The position numbers and the translations under genes were made by a program. A stretch of 63,970 nucleotides of DNA, filler included, from an uncultured Gemmatimonadota bacterium (lineage in GTDB: Bacteria; Blakebacterota; Blakebacteria; Blakebacterales; Blakebacteraceae), in assembly GCA_964576115.1 (NCBI GenBank). It is 3 parts of 3 records of this genome, joined end to end, with 100 filler letters (N's around TTAATTAATTAA, not from the genome) between each part and the next. Parts side by side here need not be neighbours in the genome. Positions count along the whole stretch, not along the records: positions 1 to 30,389 come from CAZNUA010000041.1; positions 30,490 to 60,775 come from CAZNUA010000042.1; 1 more part is not named here. One strand, written 5' to 3'. The notes beneath the pieces were generated by a model. It did no database searches and was not told where the DNA came from. It saw nothing but the letters and a program-made list of their open reading frames with translations. Numbering within the stretch: the stretch's first letter is position 1; the number at the start of each line of letters is the position of its first letter. Shown here in pieces: positions 25,598-37,115 of the stretch.

Positions 25598-28065
25598 ATG
25601 AAACACAGACTCATGCGGGTTTTCTTCAAGAACGCGCGGGACCGGGCGCGGGAGCTGGACGAAGAGATCGAAACGCATCTCGCCCTGAGAGAGGAAGAGT
25701 TTCAGGCCCGGGGCATGACTCCCCGGCAGGCCCGATCCGAGGCCCTGGCCCGCTTCGGGGACCTGGCGGCGGCAAAAAAGGACCTCTCCACGGCGTCCGC
25801 CGTCAGGGACCTGAAGCTCGGCGTGAGTGAGCGCGTCGACGACATCCGGCGCGANNNNNNNNNNNNNNNNNNNNNNNNNNNNNNNNNNNNNNNNNNNNNN
25901 NNNNNNNNNNNNNNNNNNNNNNNNNNNNNNNNNNNNNNNNNNNNNNNNNNNNNNTGGACGTGTCGTGGGGCTCGGAGGTCTCCCGCGTCCGGGCGGCCAC
26001 GGTCGTGGGTTCGTTCTTCGAAACGCTCGAGATACCGGTGGCCCCGGGGCGAGCCTTCATCGAGTCGGAAGCACAGCAGAGGATGCATCTCGTCGTGGTG
26101 AGCGAGCGTTTCTGGCAGCGGGCTCTGGGCGGGACGCCTCATCTCGATGATGAGATTATCAAAGTGAACGGCGTGGAGTACCAGGTTGTCGGAGTGGTGC
26201 CTGAAGGCCTGGAATTCCCGTCGCGGGTGGATCTGTGGCGGCCCATGCGGTATCAACCCGAATCGGGGATGGCCCGCAACTACATCCACTGGCGGAGCCT
26301 CGGGCGCCTGGCTGATGGCGTGACCATCGATCAGGCGGCAGCCGAACTCTCGTCGATCGCCGACGGGATCAGGGAAACCGACCCCGAGGGGATGTATTCC
26401 TATGGCGTCGGGGTTGTGCCGCTGCGCCGGGTGGTGGTGGGCAACACGGGGAGCAGCCTGCTGATGCTCCAGGTATCGGTGCTGCTGGTGCTTCTCATCG
26501 CCTGTGCCAATCTCATGGGGCTGGAGTTCGCCGGCGCCCGCGAGCGCCAGGACGAGATGGCGATACGTCTCTCGCTGGGGGCAGCCCGGGGTCGACTGCT
26601 GCAGCAGCTCGTCACCGAACAGGTGGCCCTGGCCGTGCTGGGAGGATCGGTGGGCCTCATCCTCGCAGCGTGGGGTACTGCATTTGTCGCGGGGCGCTTG
26701 AGTGCGGTCATCCCGAGAGCCCATGAGATCGCCTTCGACGCCCGGATCGTCGCCGTGGGCTTCGGACTGTCGCTGCTGGCTGGCCTCATCGCCGGCGTCG
26801 GACCCGCCTGGCGATCCTCGCGGGGCGATCCCGGCCGGGTACTGACCGGGGTTCGCACGATCCGCGGTGGTCGGGGCCTGCCGGGGGGTGCTCTCATCCT
26901 GGCCGAAGTCGCCCTGACGGTGCTGCTTCTCACCGGCGGCGGCCTGCTCCTGCGGAGCATGGGAATGCTGGTCAACCGCGATCTCGGATTCGAGACCGAG
27001 GGCGTGATCACCCTCGATGTGAGACTCCAGACTCCCCACTACCTGCAGGATCAGAATCGCGTCGTGTCGTACTGGAACGCCCTGCTGACATCGCTGGAGG
27101 ACATTCCCGGCGTGCAATCGGTTGGTGCGGGCAACTGGATCCCGACCGGCGGGGGCGGAACGACCTTCATCGAACTCCCGGAGGTCGGCCGTGCCCCCCA
27201 GGGAGCCGGGTACCGTGTGATCTGCGACACCTACCTCGAGACCATGGGTGCGCCGCTGCTCAGGGGGAGGCTTTTCGGCCCTGACGACCGGGCAGGATCG
27301 GAGCAGGTGGTGATCGTGAACGAAACCATGGCCCGGATGTACTGGCCGGATGAGGATCCGTTGGGCAAGAGAGTCAAAGCCGAGGGCATGGAGAACTTTT
27401 TCTTCGGCGGCGAGGCCCCCTGGCTCACCGTGATCGGCGTTGTTGGGGACATGCGGCACTGGGGCTTCGAGTCCGGGATCCAGCAGGAGATGTTCAGGGT
27501 GTACCGGCAGATTCCCGGCATGGGCAGGGTCGTGACCGCGGTGGTGAAAACCGAGCCGGGATCGGTGCGATCGGTCATGATCGAGGCCCGCGAGAGGGCC
27601 CGGACCGTCGATCCGGAGCTTGCCGTTCAGGAGGGGTTGTTGAGCGACCGCCTCCGCGACCTCATGTCCCAACGTCGTCTGACGACGACAATTCTGGTAG
27701 CCTTCGGCATCATTTCGCTCTGTCTCGCCTCGCTGGGGATCTACGGCGTACTGGCCTTCGCCGTCTCGGCACGCACACGGGAAATGGCGATCCGTACCGC
27801 TCTGGGTGCTCGACGAGCCGGTCTGGTCGGCCTGGTGGTCCGGAGCGGATTGAAGGTGGTTGCCCTGGGACTGCTGGCGGGAGCGGTGGGAGTCGTCGTT
27901 CTCCATGGCGTGCTCGACGCCCTCCTGGTGGAGGTGAAGGCCGGCGATCCGATGACTGTCCTCGTCGTCTTTACCGCCATCACCGCGACCGCGGTGGCGG
28001 CGGCCCTGGTACCGGCGGTTCGGGCGGCCCGTATGAATCCCCTGGGGGCCCTTCGGGAGTGGTGA
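25598..28065 (+). CDS. ADOP-family permease, interrupted by an assembly gap (25855-25954)
   Basis: ELDEEIETHL...ARFGD prefix before the gap; LLIACANL, EMAIRTALGA, PAVRAARMNPLGALRE after the gap. Confidence 0.88.
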
Positions 28066-28241
28066 GCAAAAGCATCCAGGGTGGGAAATTGCACCCGAGA
28101 ACCCGCCGGCTGACAATACCCGAACCCTGACAGGGCGTTCTGCGTACGGATTATATATAACCACTTATGATCAGGCAGACGTTCCGAGAGTCTCCCCTTC
28201 TGTTCGATCACATACGGTCCCCATCCATGAAGGCACGTGCT

Positions 28242-28686
28242 ATGAAGAAACGACTGACGTTCATCGCTCTGACCCTGTCTACCGCGGCAGCGCTCCTGAT
28301 CGGCGCCACATACTCCACCGAGCGGCAGGCGGAAGACTCCATCCGTCAGGCCCTCAACGACTACCTCTTCGAAGGTCTGCGCACATCGAACCGGCAGCTT
28401 CTCGATCAGATCGTTCACCCCACCTACAGTCTGCATAACGTGAGCAGAGACCGGCTGGTACGGTACGACCGCTCCGATTTCTATTCCTGGCTGTCAGGCG
28501 AAGAGGACTCGGAAACCAGGTATGAGATCATGTCGATCGACATCACCGGACCGACCGCGGCCGTCAAAACGCGGGAAGACGGCGGCGATCACTACTGGAT
28601 CGATTACCTGCATATGGTCAGGCTCGAAGGGCAATGGTGGATCATCGGGAAACTCGCCCACCAGGTCAGGAAGGATCCGTCCCGGG
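28242..28686 (+). CDS. Exported NTF2-like (putative lumazine-binding family) protein, 3' end in gap
   Basis: Signal peptide; IMSIDITGPTAAVK...IDYLHMVRLEGQWWIIGK. Confidence 0.8.
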
Positions 28687-28786
28687 NNNNNNNNNNNNNN
28701 NNNNNNNNNNNNNNNNNNNNNNNNNNNNNNNNNNNNNNNNNNNNNNNNNNNNNNNNNNNNNNNNNNNNNNNNNNNNNNNNNNNNNN

Positions 28787-30262
28787 CGGGCAGAACCGAT
28801 GGCCGGCTCGCCCCAGGACGTCGAAGAACTGATCACGCTGCTCGAGTCCGGCTCCTACCCGGCGGCGGCACGGCTGGCCTCCGATCTGATGGCCGTTGTC
28901 CCCCCCGATCCGTATACCCGCGGCATCTGCGGCCTGGCGTTGCTCAAAGCCGGTCGGATCGACGAGGCCGAGACCGTTCTCAACCAGGTCCTGCAACGCT
29001 CCGCCGCGAATGCCGAGGCTCACCTCGGGCTCGGGCGGATCGCGCAGATCCGGAACGATCCCGCCACCGCCATCGGACATCTGCGGCAGGGTGTGGCGAG
29101 TGAACGGTTTTACGCCGAAGCGCTCCGCCAGCTCTGGCGGGCGACCTGGGAACAGGGCGATGTTGCGGAATTACATGTGATCCGCCGTCTGGCCGAAGAG
29201 CGCTATGGCCTGAAATCCCAACCGCTCCCCTCGTGGCTCACCAACGGTTCGGCCTGGCTCGAGAACTGCACGGGCGAGCGGCTTTTCGACCTGCAGGGCG
29301 GCCACGGTCGGACGACCGTGCCCCTGCTCGGGGACCGCAACGGCCGAATCCGGCGGATCGACCTGACGCTCAACGCACGGGGCGAATACCCCTTCGATAT
29401 CGACTCCGCCTCCGCCGATTTTCTGACCCTCAGTCCCCGGCTGGCCGAGGAGCTGAACCTGCGGCTGACCGGACGGAGTGAGGCCGAAGGGGTGGGAACA
29501 GATGAAGCCGCCGTCAGGTTCTCATTCCTCGAAAGTGTCGAACTGGGGGAAATCACGTTCAGGAACGTACCCGTTTTCGTCTCCGACCTGGCTGTCTTTC
29601 AGGAGCAGAAGAGAGGGTTGATCGGAACCGCCCTGCTCAAGCGCTTCAACGTGACGATCGATGTCGAGGCCGGGGTCGTGATCCTCTATGGGCTCGAGCA
29701 GCCCGGGCCGCTGCACCGCAGTATCGATGCCGACGCCGTCGCCGCCGACCTGCCCCTGTATGTGTACGATCAGACAGTCGTCGAAGCCTCCATCGCCGGT
29801 ACTCCCCCGGCCCTGTATATCCTCGATTCAGCAGCGTCCACGCACCTCATGGACACCCTTTTCTTCCGTGAACACCTCAGCCCGTCGCTCGATCCGGACC
29901 GGATCGTCACCTCCGGCATCCGGGGTTCTCAGGGAGCGCAGGAAACCCGCCGGGTCAGCGGCCTGCCGGTCAGTCTCGGCCCGATCGAGATAGCGGGGCA
30001 GACGGTCCACGAGTTCCCGATGGATTCCCTGAACATGATCCGCGGCCGCTATACCGCCGGCCTGCTGGGCAATCCGGTCCTCTGGCCCTACCGGGTCCAC
30101 CTGGACTTCAGCGCCGGGCGTTTGATTCTGGAACGGTATTCCGCTTCGGGGGCGGGAGCGACTGCACTGGAACGGCATCCGGACCGAAAACCGGGCGGAT
30201 TCTGCAACTCCGCCGTGGTCTTTATGCTCTGGCTCCTCCCTGGCAGAAGGTGGACGAGATAG
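28787..30262 (+). CDS. TPR + tandem retropepsin-like aspartyl protease, 5' end in gap
   Basis: AEAHLGLGRIA TPR; two protease lobes, FDIDSAS...GLIGTALLKRFNVTID and YILDSAA...GLLGNPVLWPYRVHLDF. Confidence 0.78.
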   Translation, partial: RAEPMAGSPQDVEELITLLESGSYPAAARLASDLMAVVPPDPYTRGICGLALLKAGRIDEAETVLNQVLQRSAANAEAHLGLGRIAQIRNDPATAIGHLRQGVASERFYAEALRQLWRATWEQGDVAELHVIRRLAEERYGLKSQPLPSWLTNGSAWLENCTGERLFDLQGGHGRTTVPLLGDRNGRIRRIDLTLNARGEYPFDIDSASADFLTLSPRLAEELNLRLTGRSEAEGVGTDEAAVRFSFLESVELGEITFRNVPVFVSDLAVFQEQKRGLIGTALLKRFNVTIDVEAGVVILYGLEQPGPLHRSIDADAVAADLPLYVYDQTVVEASIAGTPPALYILDSAASTHLMDTLFFREHLSPSLDPDRIVTSGIRGSQGAQETRRVSGLPVSLGPIEIAGQTVHEFPMDSLNMIRGRYTAGLLGNPVLWPYRVHLDFSAGRLILERYSASGAGATALERHPDRKPGGFCNSAVVFMLWLLPGRRWTR

Positions 30263-30363
30263 CTGGCTTCCAGAACCGATATCCAGGCTTTCGCGGTATT
30301 ATGAGTAACACCGGCGTCAGCCCCCAGGCTGGACAGGTTCAGGAGCTGGCCGGTCCGCCCCGC
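30241..30363 (-). pseudogene. Internal fragment of a DUF4143-type AAA+ ATP-binding protein
   Basis: AGRTGQLLNLSSLGADAGVTHNTAKAWISVLEASYLVHLLP, with no flanking start or continuation. Confidence 0.75.
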
Positions 30364-30389
30364 TTATAAATAGTGCATAGAAAGCCAGA

Positions 30390-30489
30390 NNNNNNNNNNN
30401 NNNNNNNNNNNNNNNNNNNNNNNNNNNNNNNNNTTAATTAATTAANNNNNNNNNNNNNNNNNNNNNNNNNNNNNNNNNNNNNNNNNNNN
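30390..30489. other. Artificial contig linker
   Basis: N44-TTAATTAATTAA-N44 (stops in all six frames); same structure at 60776-60875. Confidence 0.95.
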
Positions 30490-30563
30490 TGGCTGGGGTG
30501 CCAGGATTCGAACCTGGATTGCCGGATCCAAAGTCCGGGGACTTGCCATTAGTCGACACCCCA
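30490..30563 (-). tRNA. tRNA-Gln (anticodon TTG), CCA encoded
   Basis: TGGGGTG...CCGGA-CTTTGGA-TCCGG...CCAGG-TTCGAAT-CCTGG-CACCCCA-G-CCA cloverleaf; usual position downstream of ispE. Confidence 0.96.
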
Positions 30564-30624
30564 GCGGTAGGCGACAGTCAGATCTGGGATTGCATGACGG
30601 AGGCGGTGCGGGGAACGACCGGTA

Positions 30625-30954
30625 TCAGTCGGTCCCTTCCTCCGGCTCGTTCTCGCGTTGAGAGGGTTGAAGAAACTCGGGATCGAGTTCTTCCCCCTCC
30701 TTTTCCATCTGCTCGCGATAGGCGGCCATGACGGTGGTTTCGAGCCGGTCGCGCATCTCGTTGTTGATGGGGTGGGCGATATCCTGATAGGTACCGTCGG
30801 ATCGTCGACGGGAAGGCATGGACACGAAATACCCGTGATGCCCCTTGATGACCTTCAGGCCCCGGACGACGAATTCGTCGTCGAAGGTGATATTCGCGAA
30901 CGCTTTGAGCCTCTCCTCGTTGCAGAGGGAGACCCGGACCTCGGTGATCTTCAC
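30625..30954 (-). CDS. spoVG: SpoVG family nucleic-acid-binding regulator
   Basis: KITEVRV...LKAFANITFDDEFVVRGLKVI...FVSMPSR...YQDIAHPIN; GTG start at 30954. Confidence 0.95.
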   Translation of the reverse strand: MKITEVRVSLCNEERLKAFANITFDDEFVVRGLKVIKGHHGYFVSMPSRRRSDGTYQDIAHPINNEMRDRLETTVMAAYREQMEKEGEELDPEFLQPSQRENEPEEGTD

Positions 30955-31018
30955 GGCTGGCGCTCCAATTTCGATCCGGTGCCGGTGCATGCTGCGCCGG
31001 TCCAGGGGTCTCTACGTC

Positions 31019-31882
31019 CTACCGTAGCGCTGTCTCGACAATCCTTCCCCCGCTCACCGAAATGGTCTGTCCGGCCCGGTGAGCCTTTTCCTCGCTGTCG
31101 AAGAGCCCGTATACGGCGGACCCGCTGCCCGTCATGGAGACGTACGTCGCCCCGCAATACGCGAGAGCCGCCAGTGAGGCGGCGATCTCGGGGTGGGCGT
31201 CGGTAACGGCCTCCTGCAGGTCGTTGGTTAATGGTGCACGGGAAAGGATCGAGCCGAATTCCCCGTGCGAGTTGAGATAGTGTCCAAATAGCGGGTCACG
31301 TGTCAAGGTATAGTTGGCCCTTTCGTATGCCTCGGCGGTAGATACGGGGAAAGGGTGAAGAATGAGCAGACAGGGGACAGCGGTCAAAGAGGGCAGACTC
31401 ATGACCCGCTCGCCGATCCCCTCGACCAGGGCACAGCCCCCCTCCAGGAAGAAGGGCACATCGGCGCCGATGCCCGCCGCCATTGCGTTTACGTCCGATC
31501 GGGGCAACTCGCATCGATAGAGATCCAAGACTCCCTGCACGACCACGGCCGCGTTGCTCGAGCCGCCGCCCAGACCGGCTCCGGGGGGGATTCGCTTGAG
31601 CAGTTTGATGGTGACCCCCGAACGACCTGCGGCGTCCAGCGCCGCAGCTGCCGCTCTCCAGGCCAGGTTTTTTTCGTCGACAGGAATGCTCCGGCAGAGC
31701 TCGGGCAGGGGGGCGTCGGAGGCGATTTCGAGCTCGAGCGAAAGGGTCTCGGCCGGTTCGAGTTCGATCTCGTCGCCCCAGTCCAGAGTGTGAAAGAACG
31801 ATTCGATCTCATGGTAGCCGTCGGATCGGCGACGGAGCAGCCGGAGCCCCAGGTTGATCTTGGCCGGCGAAAAGAGCTTCAC
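31019..31882 (-). CDS. ispE: 4-diphosphocytidyl-2-C-methyl-D-erythritol kinase
   Basis: PAKINLGL, DGYHEIES, KRIPPGAGLGGGSSNAA, GADVPFF, MTGSGS; GTGA overlap with gmhA. Confidence 0.96.
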   Translation of the reverse strand: MKLFSPAKINLGLRLLRRRSDGYHEIESFFHTLDWGDEIELEPAETLSLELEIASDAPLPELCRSIPVDEKNLAWRAAAAALDAAGRSGVTIKLLKRIPPGAGLGGGSSNAAVVVQGVLDLYRCELPRSDVNAMAAGIGADVPFFLEGGCALVEGIGERVMSLPSLTAVPCLLILHPFPVSTAEAYERANYTLTRDPLFGHYLNSHGEFGSILSRAPLTNDLQEAVTDAHPEIAASLAALAYCGATYVSMTGSGSAVYGLFDSEEKAHRAGQTISVSGGRIVETALR

Positions 31883-32475
31883 ACCGCCTCCACCAGGGCC
31901 CGCTCGGCCGCTTCGGCCAGCAGATGGATCAGCACCAGATGCTGTTCCTGCACCAGGTCGGTACGACCGGCTCCAACTGCCACGCACACCGTGGCGGCGG
32001 CCAGGGGACCGGCCTGTGGACCGGTCAGAGCGGCTGTCGTGAATCCCGCCTCCCGGGCCCACTCAACGGCCCGCACGACATTGGGCGAGGTTCCCGAGGT
32101 GGAAAGCCCGAGCAGCAGGTCGCCGGGGCGCATCAGGCCCTCGGCCTGCCGGCGGAATATCTCTTCATACCCGTAATCGTTGGCCAGCGCGGTCAGAGCG
32201 CTGGTATCCACGGTCAATGACACCGCCGAGTTGGGACGCCGTTCGCGCCGATAGCGACCGACGATCTCGGCCGCCAGGTGCTGGGCCTGGGCGGCACTCC
32301 CGCCGTTTCCGCACACATAGAGCGTGCCGCCGCGGGCCAGGGTTTCGACGAGCAGAACGCAGAGGTCGATGAAAACCTCCCGGATCGCCGGCGCCCAGTC
32401 ACCGGCCCCCGGCCGCAGGGCGATTTCGTCGTCGAACATGTCCTCGAAACGGCTCCGGTCAGCTGGAACGGACAT
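31879..32475 (-). CDS. gmhA: Phosphoheptose isomerase (SIS domain)
   Basis: CGNGGSAA, TALANDYGY, STSGTSPNV, QE..H...H. Confidence 0.85.
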   Translation of the reverse strand: MSVPADRSRFEDMFDDEIALRPGAGDWAPAIREVFIDLCVLLVETLARGGTLYVCGNGGSAAQAQHLAAEIVGRYRRERRPNSAVSLTVDTSALTALANDYGYEEIFRRQAEGLMRPGDLLLGLSTSGTSPNVVRAVEWAREAGFTTAALTGPQAGPLAAATVCVAVGAGRTDLVQEQHLVLIHLLAEAAERALVEAV

Positions 32476-32490
32476 CGTCTGGCACTCCTC

Positions 32491-33372
32491 TCACTCCTGC
32501 TCTTCCCGATCCCCGTGCGGCGCCAGGGTTTCGTCCAGACGACCGCTCCGGTAGGGTTCGGGGTCGATTTCAACATACCTGAAGCCGACCTGTTGTACTC
32601 CCCTGAGAATCCGGGCCCGCAAGGCTGGGTCGGCCAGACGCCCGAGTTCTGCAGCCGCCACTTCGATCCGGGCCCGATCGCCCAGATGCCGAACCCGGAC
32701 CTGCTCGAAATCGGCGCCGTGGAGTACCTCTTCGGCTGCTTCAATACGGGCCAGTTTTTCCCGGGTCACCGTCTCGCCGTACGGAATCCGGGTCGCCAGG
32801 CAGCTCTGCGCCGGCCGATCCCAGGTCGGCAGGCCGTACAGGCGGCTGAGCTGTCTGATATCCTCCTTGCCCAGGCCCGCTTCGAGCAAGGGCCTTCTGA
32901 CTCCTGTTTCTTCTTCGGCGCGCAGGCCCGGACGCCGCTGGCCGGCATCGTCGGCGTTGGTGCCGCAGAGTAGGACGTCGAAAGCGTCACCGAAGGCCTC
33001 CCGAAAGGCGGCCAGGAGAACGTGTTTGCAGAGATAGCAGCGCTCGGGGGGATTACGGGCATAGTCGGGATCGTCGAGTTCGCCGGTCGGGATCGGCGAG
33101 CAGGGGATGGCGAAGGCGGCGGCCGTTTTCAGAGCCGCGGCCAGTTCGCGGCGGGGCAGGGTCGGGGTATCGGCGATCACGGCGTGCATCCGCTCGGGGC
33201 CGAGCAGCCGGTGGGTGAGCCAGGCCAGCAGGGTCGAATCCACCCCACCCGAATAGGCCACCAGGGCGCTGGAGAAGGAGCACAGGATCCCGATCGCCGA
33301 GTTGACTTTCTCCGCCAGGTGTGCGGGCGCGGGGGGAAGTCCGATCTCGGAGGCGGGATCGGCAGGGCTCAC
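32491..33372 (-). CDS. larE: ATP-dependent sulfur transferase LarE
   Basis: AYSGGVDS PP-loop, NPPERCYLCK, GTNADD, RPG, CLATRIPYG, QVRVRH, YRSG. Confidence 0.92.
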   Translation of the reverse strand: MSPADPASEIGLPPAPAHLAEKVNSAIGILCSFSSALVAYSGGVDSTLLAWLTHRLLGPERMHAVIADTPTLPRRELAAALKTAAAFAIPCSPIPTGELDDPDYARNPPERCYLCKHVLLAAFREAFGDAFDVLLCGTNADDAGQRRPGLRAEEETGVRRPLLEAGLGKEDIRQLSRLYGLPTWDRPAQSCLATRIPYGETVTREKLARIEAAEEVLHGADFEQVRVRHLGDRARIEVAAAELGRLADPALRARILRGVQQVGFRYVEIDPEPYRSGRLDETLAPHGDREEQE

Positions 33373-33378
33373 AGAGAT

Positions 33379-35249
33379 TTACCTTCCCGGGGGGGGAACG
33401 TCGGCGGCGGAGATGAAGCGGAAGGGCTCGATCCGCCGGCCCGCGATGGTCAGGAAGTAAACCGTATTGTTGGTCCTGGCGTTGCGTTCCAGGTTGATGG
33501 GCCCGCTGGCGCCCTCATAGGCACTCACCCCGGCCAGCCAACGGCGCAGGACCGTACCGCGGTCTTCCGTCCCCCCTTCGACCATCCGCCAGGCGGTCAT
33601 GGCCAGGCGCACCGCGTCCCAGGTCATCGTGGCGGCCCGCTCCGGCTGGGAGCCGTACAGGGCGTGATAGGCGTTGGCGAAATCGATCTGCGGCATCGAG
33701 GTATGCGCAATCGACCAGGTATCGGTGAAGATAGCGCCGTTGACGTAGGCGCCGCCCTGATTGATGACGCTGTAGGAATTCCAGGCCGAACCGCCCAGGA
33801 TGGTGGTCACCAGGTTGAAGAATTTCACCTGGGTGGCGATGTAGACGCAATCGTTGACGCTGAGGCCCGGTACCAGCAGGCCGTCGATGCTCCCGACCGG
33901 AACCAGGTTCTCGAGGGTGTCCTCGTTCGCCTCGGCCAGGGCGTTGCGGTCGTCGATGGCGATGCCGGCCGTGTCGGCCAGGCTCATCGCCAGGCCGCGG
34001 AACCTGATCTCGTTCAACTGTACCTGCCAGTCCGCCGCCCCGGGGAAGTACTCCTGATAGGCGATCACGCTGCCGCCCTTTTCTTCGACCCGGGCCAGGA
34101 AGATCTCGGCGAAATCGCGCTCCGGTCCGCTGAAGGGCGCCAGCACGGCGAAGGTGTGCATCCCCAGGCTGTCCATGGCGGCATCGGCCATAGCCCGGGC
34201 CTGGATCGTCGGAGTGGCCTGCAGCTGAAAGACGTTCTCCCCCAGCCGGGGAGCCGCCGAACCGCGCGAATGCGGCAGGATGATCGGAATATCCGCCAGT
34301 TCGGCCAGCCCGGCGGTGATGTAGGCCAGCTCCTCCTGCCACGGTCCGATGAGAATCCCCGCACCGTCTTCGTTGATCAGGGCCAGCGTGCCTTCCACCG
34401 TGCCGCTCAGACTGCCGCCGGTATCGCGCACCCGCAGTTCGATCTCCGCCTCGCTCATACCCACCGCCAGCCGGGCGGCGTTGAGGATTTCAGCCCCGGC
34501 TTCGGCGTCGGGGCCCGAAAGCGGGGCGAGCACGCCGATCACCAGTCCCCCCGGCCCCTCGCTGGTGATCCGCTCCCGCAGGGTCTCCAACTGGTCGGCG
34601 ATATCAGCCCGATAGTCCCCGACCGGGGACTCGGCGACGACCCGTTCCAGAACCCGGCGGGCCCGCTGCAGATCGCCCCGGTCGGCCAGTTCGGCCGCGG
34701 CCAGGACGGCGATCCAGGCCTTGAGGTCGGTCCCGGCCAGATCGACTCCCAGCCGTTCGAGCTCGGCCGTACTCAGGTTGTACCCGACGATCTCGGCCAC
34801 CTCGTCCCGGGCCGCCCGGGCCAGACGCGAATCGGGTTCGGCCGCCGCCACCAGGGCGTACCTGCTGGCCGCCTCGTAGAACCGTCCCGCCCGGGCGTGC
34901 GCCCGGCCGGTGAGCCAATCCCGCTCGAGGAGATAGGGCCCCTCGGGGTATTCCCGGCTGAGTCCTTCGAGGGCCTGCAGGGCGGGTTCGGGAGCATCGG
35001 CTCCCAGCCAGCTGGCGGCCAGGAGCAGCCAGGCTGAGGCCCGGTGCTGACCCAGTCCGCCGGTCCGCAGGGCATTGTCGAGGATTTCGGCCGCCAGGGT
35101 GTACCGCCCTTCCCCGAAAGCGCGGCGGGCATCCGCGTAGGGATCGGCCTGCTGCTGAGCCGCCAGGGGTGCAGCCGCAGGCAGGGTCAGGGCGATGAGT
35201 ATCAGACCCGCCGCCTGCAACCGTCGCGATGAGTGTCGTTTCAGAAAGC

Positions 35250-35253
<4 letters not shown>
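33379..35253 (-). CDS. Exported TPR + periplasmic-binding-protein-fold protein (LpoA-like PBP activator)
   Basis: Signal peptide, N-terminal TPR helices, IGVLAPLSG, ILIGP, YEGASG. Confidence 0.75.
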
Positions 35254-37091
<1,838 letters not shown>

Positions 37092-37115
37092 GACAATCCT
37101 CCCCTGGCCCGGCGC

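Noticed and set aside
30434-30445. TTAATTAATTAA palindrome as a biological site
   Set aside because: It is embedded symmetrically in N runs and repeated at 60820-60831, which marks it as a concatenation spacer.
37092-37115. glmS ribozyme
   Set aside because: Only 24 bp separate glmS from the upstream gene.
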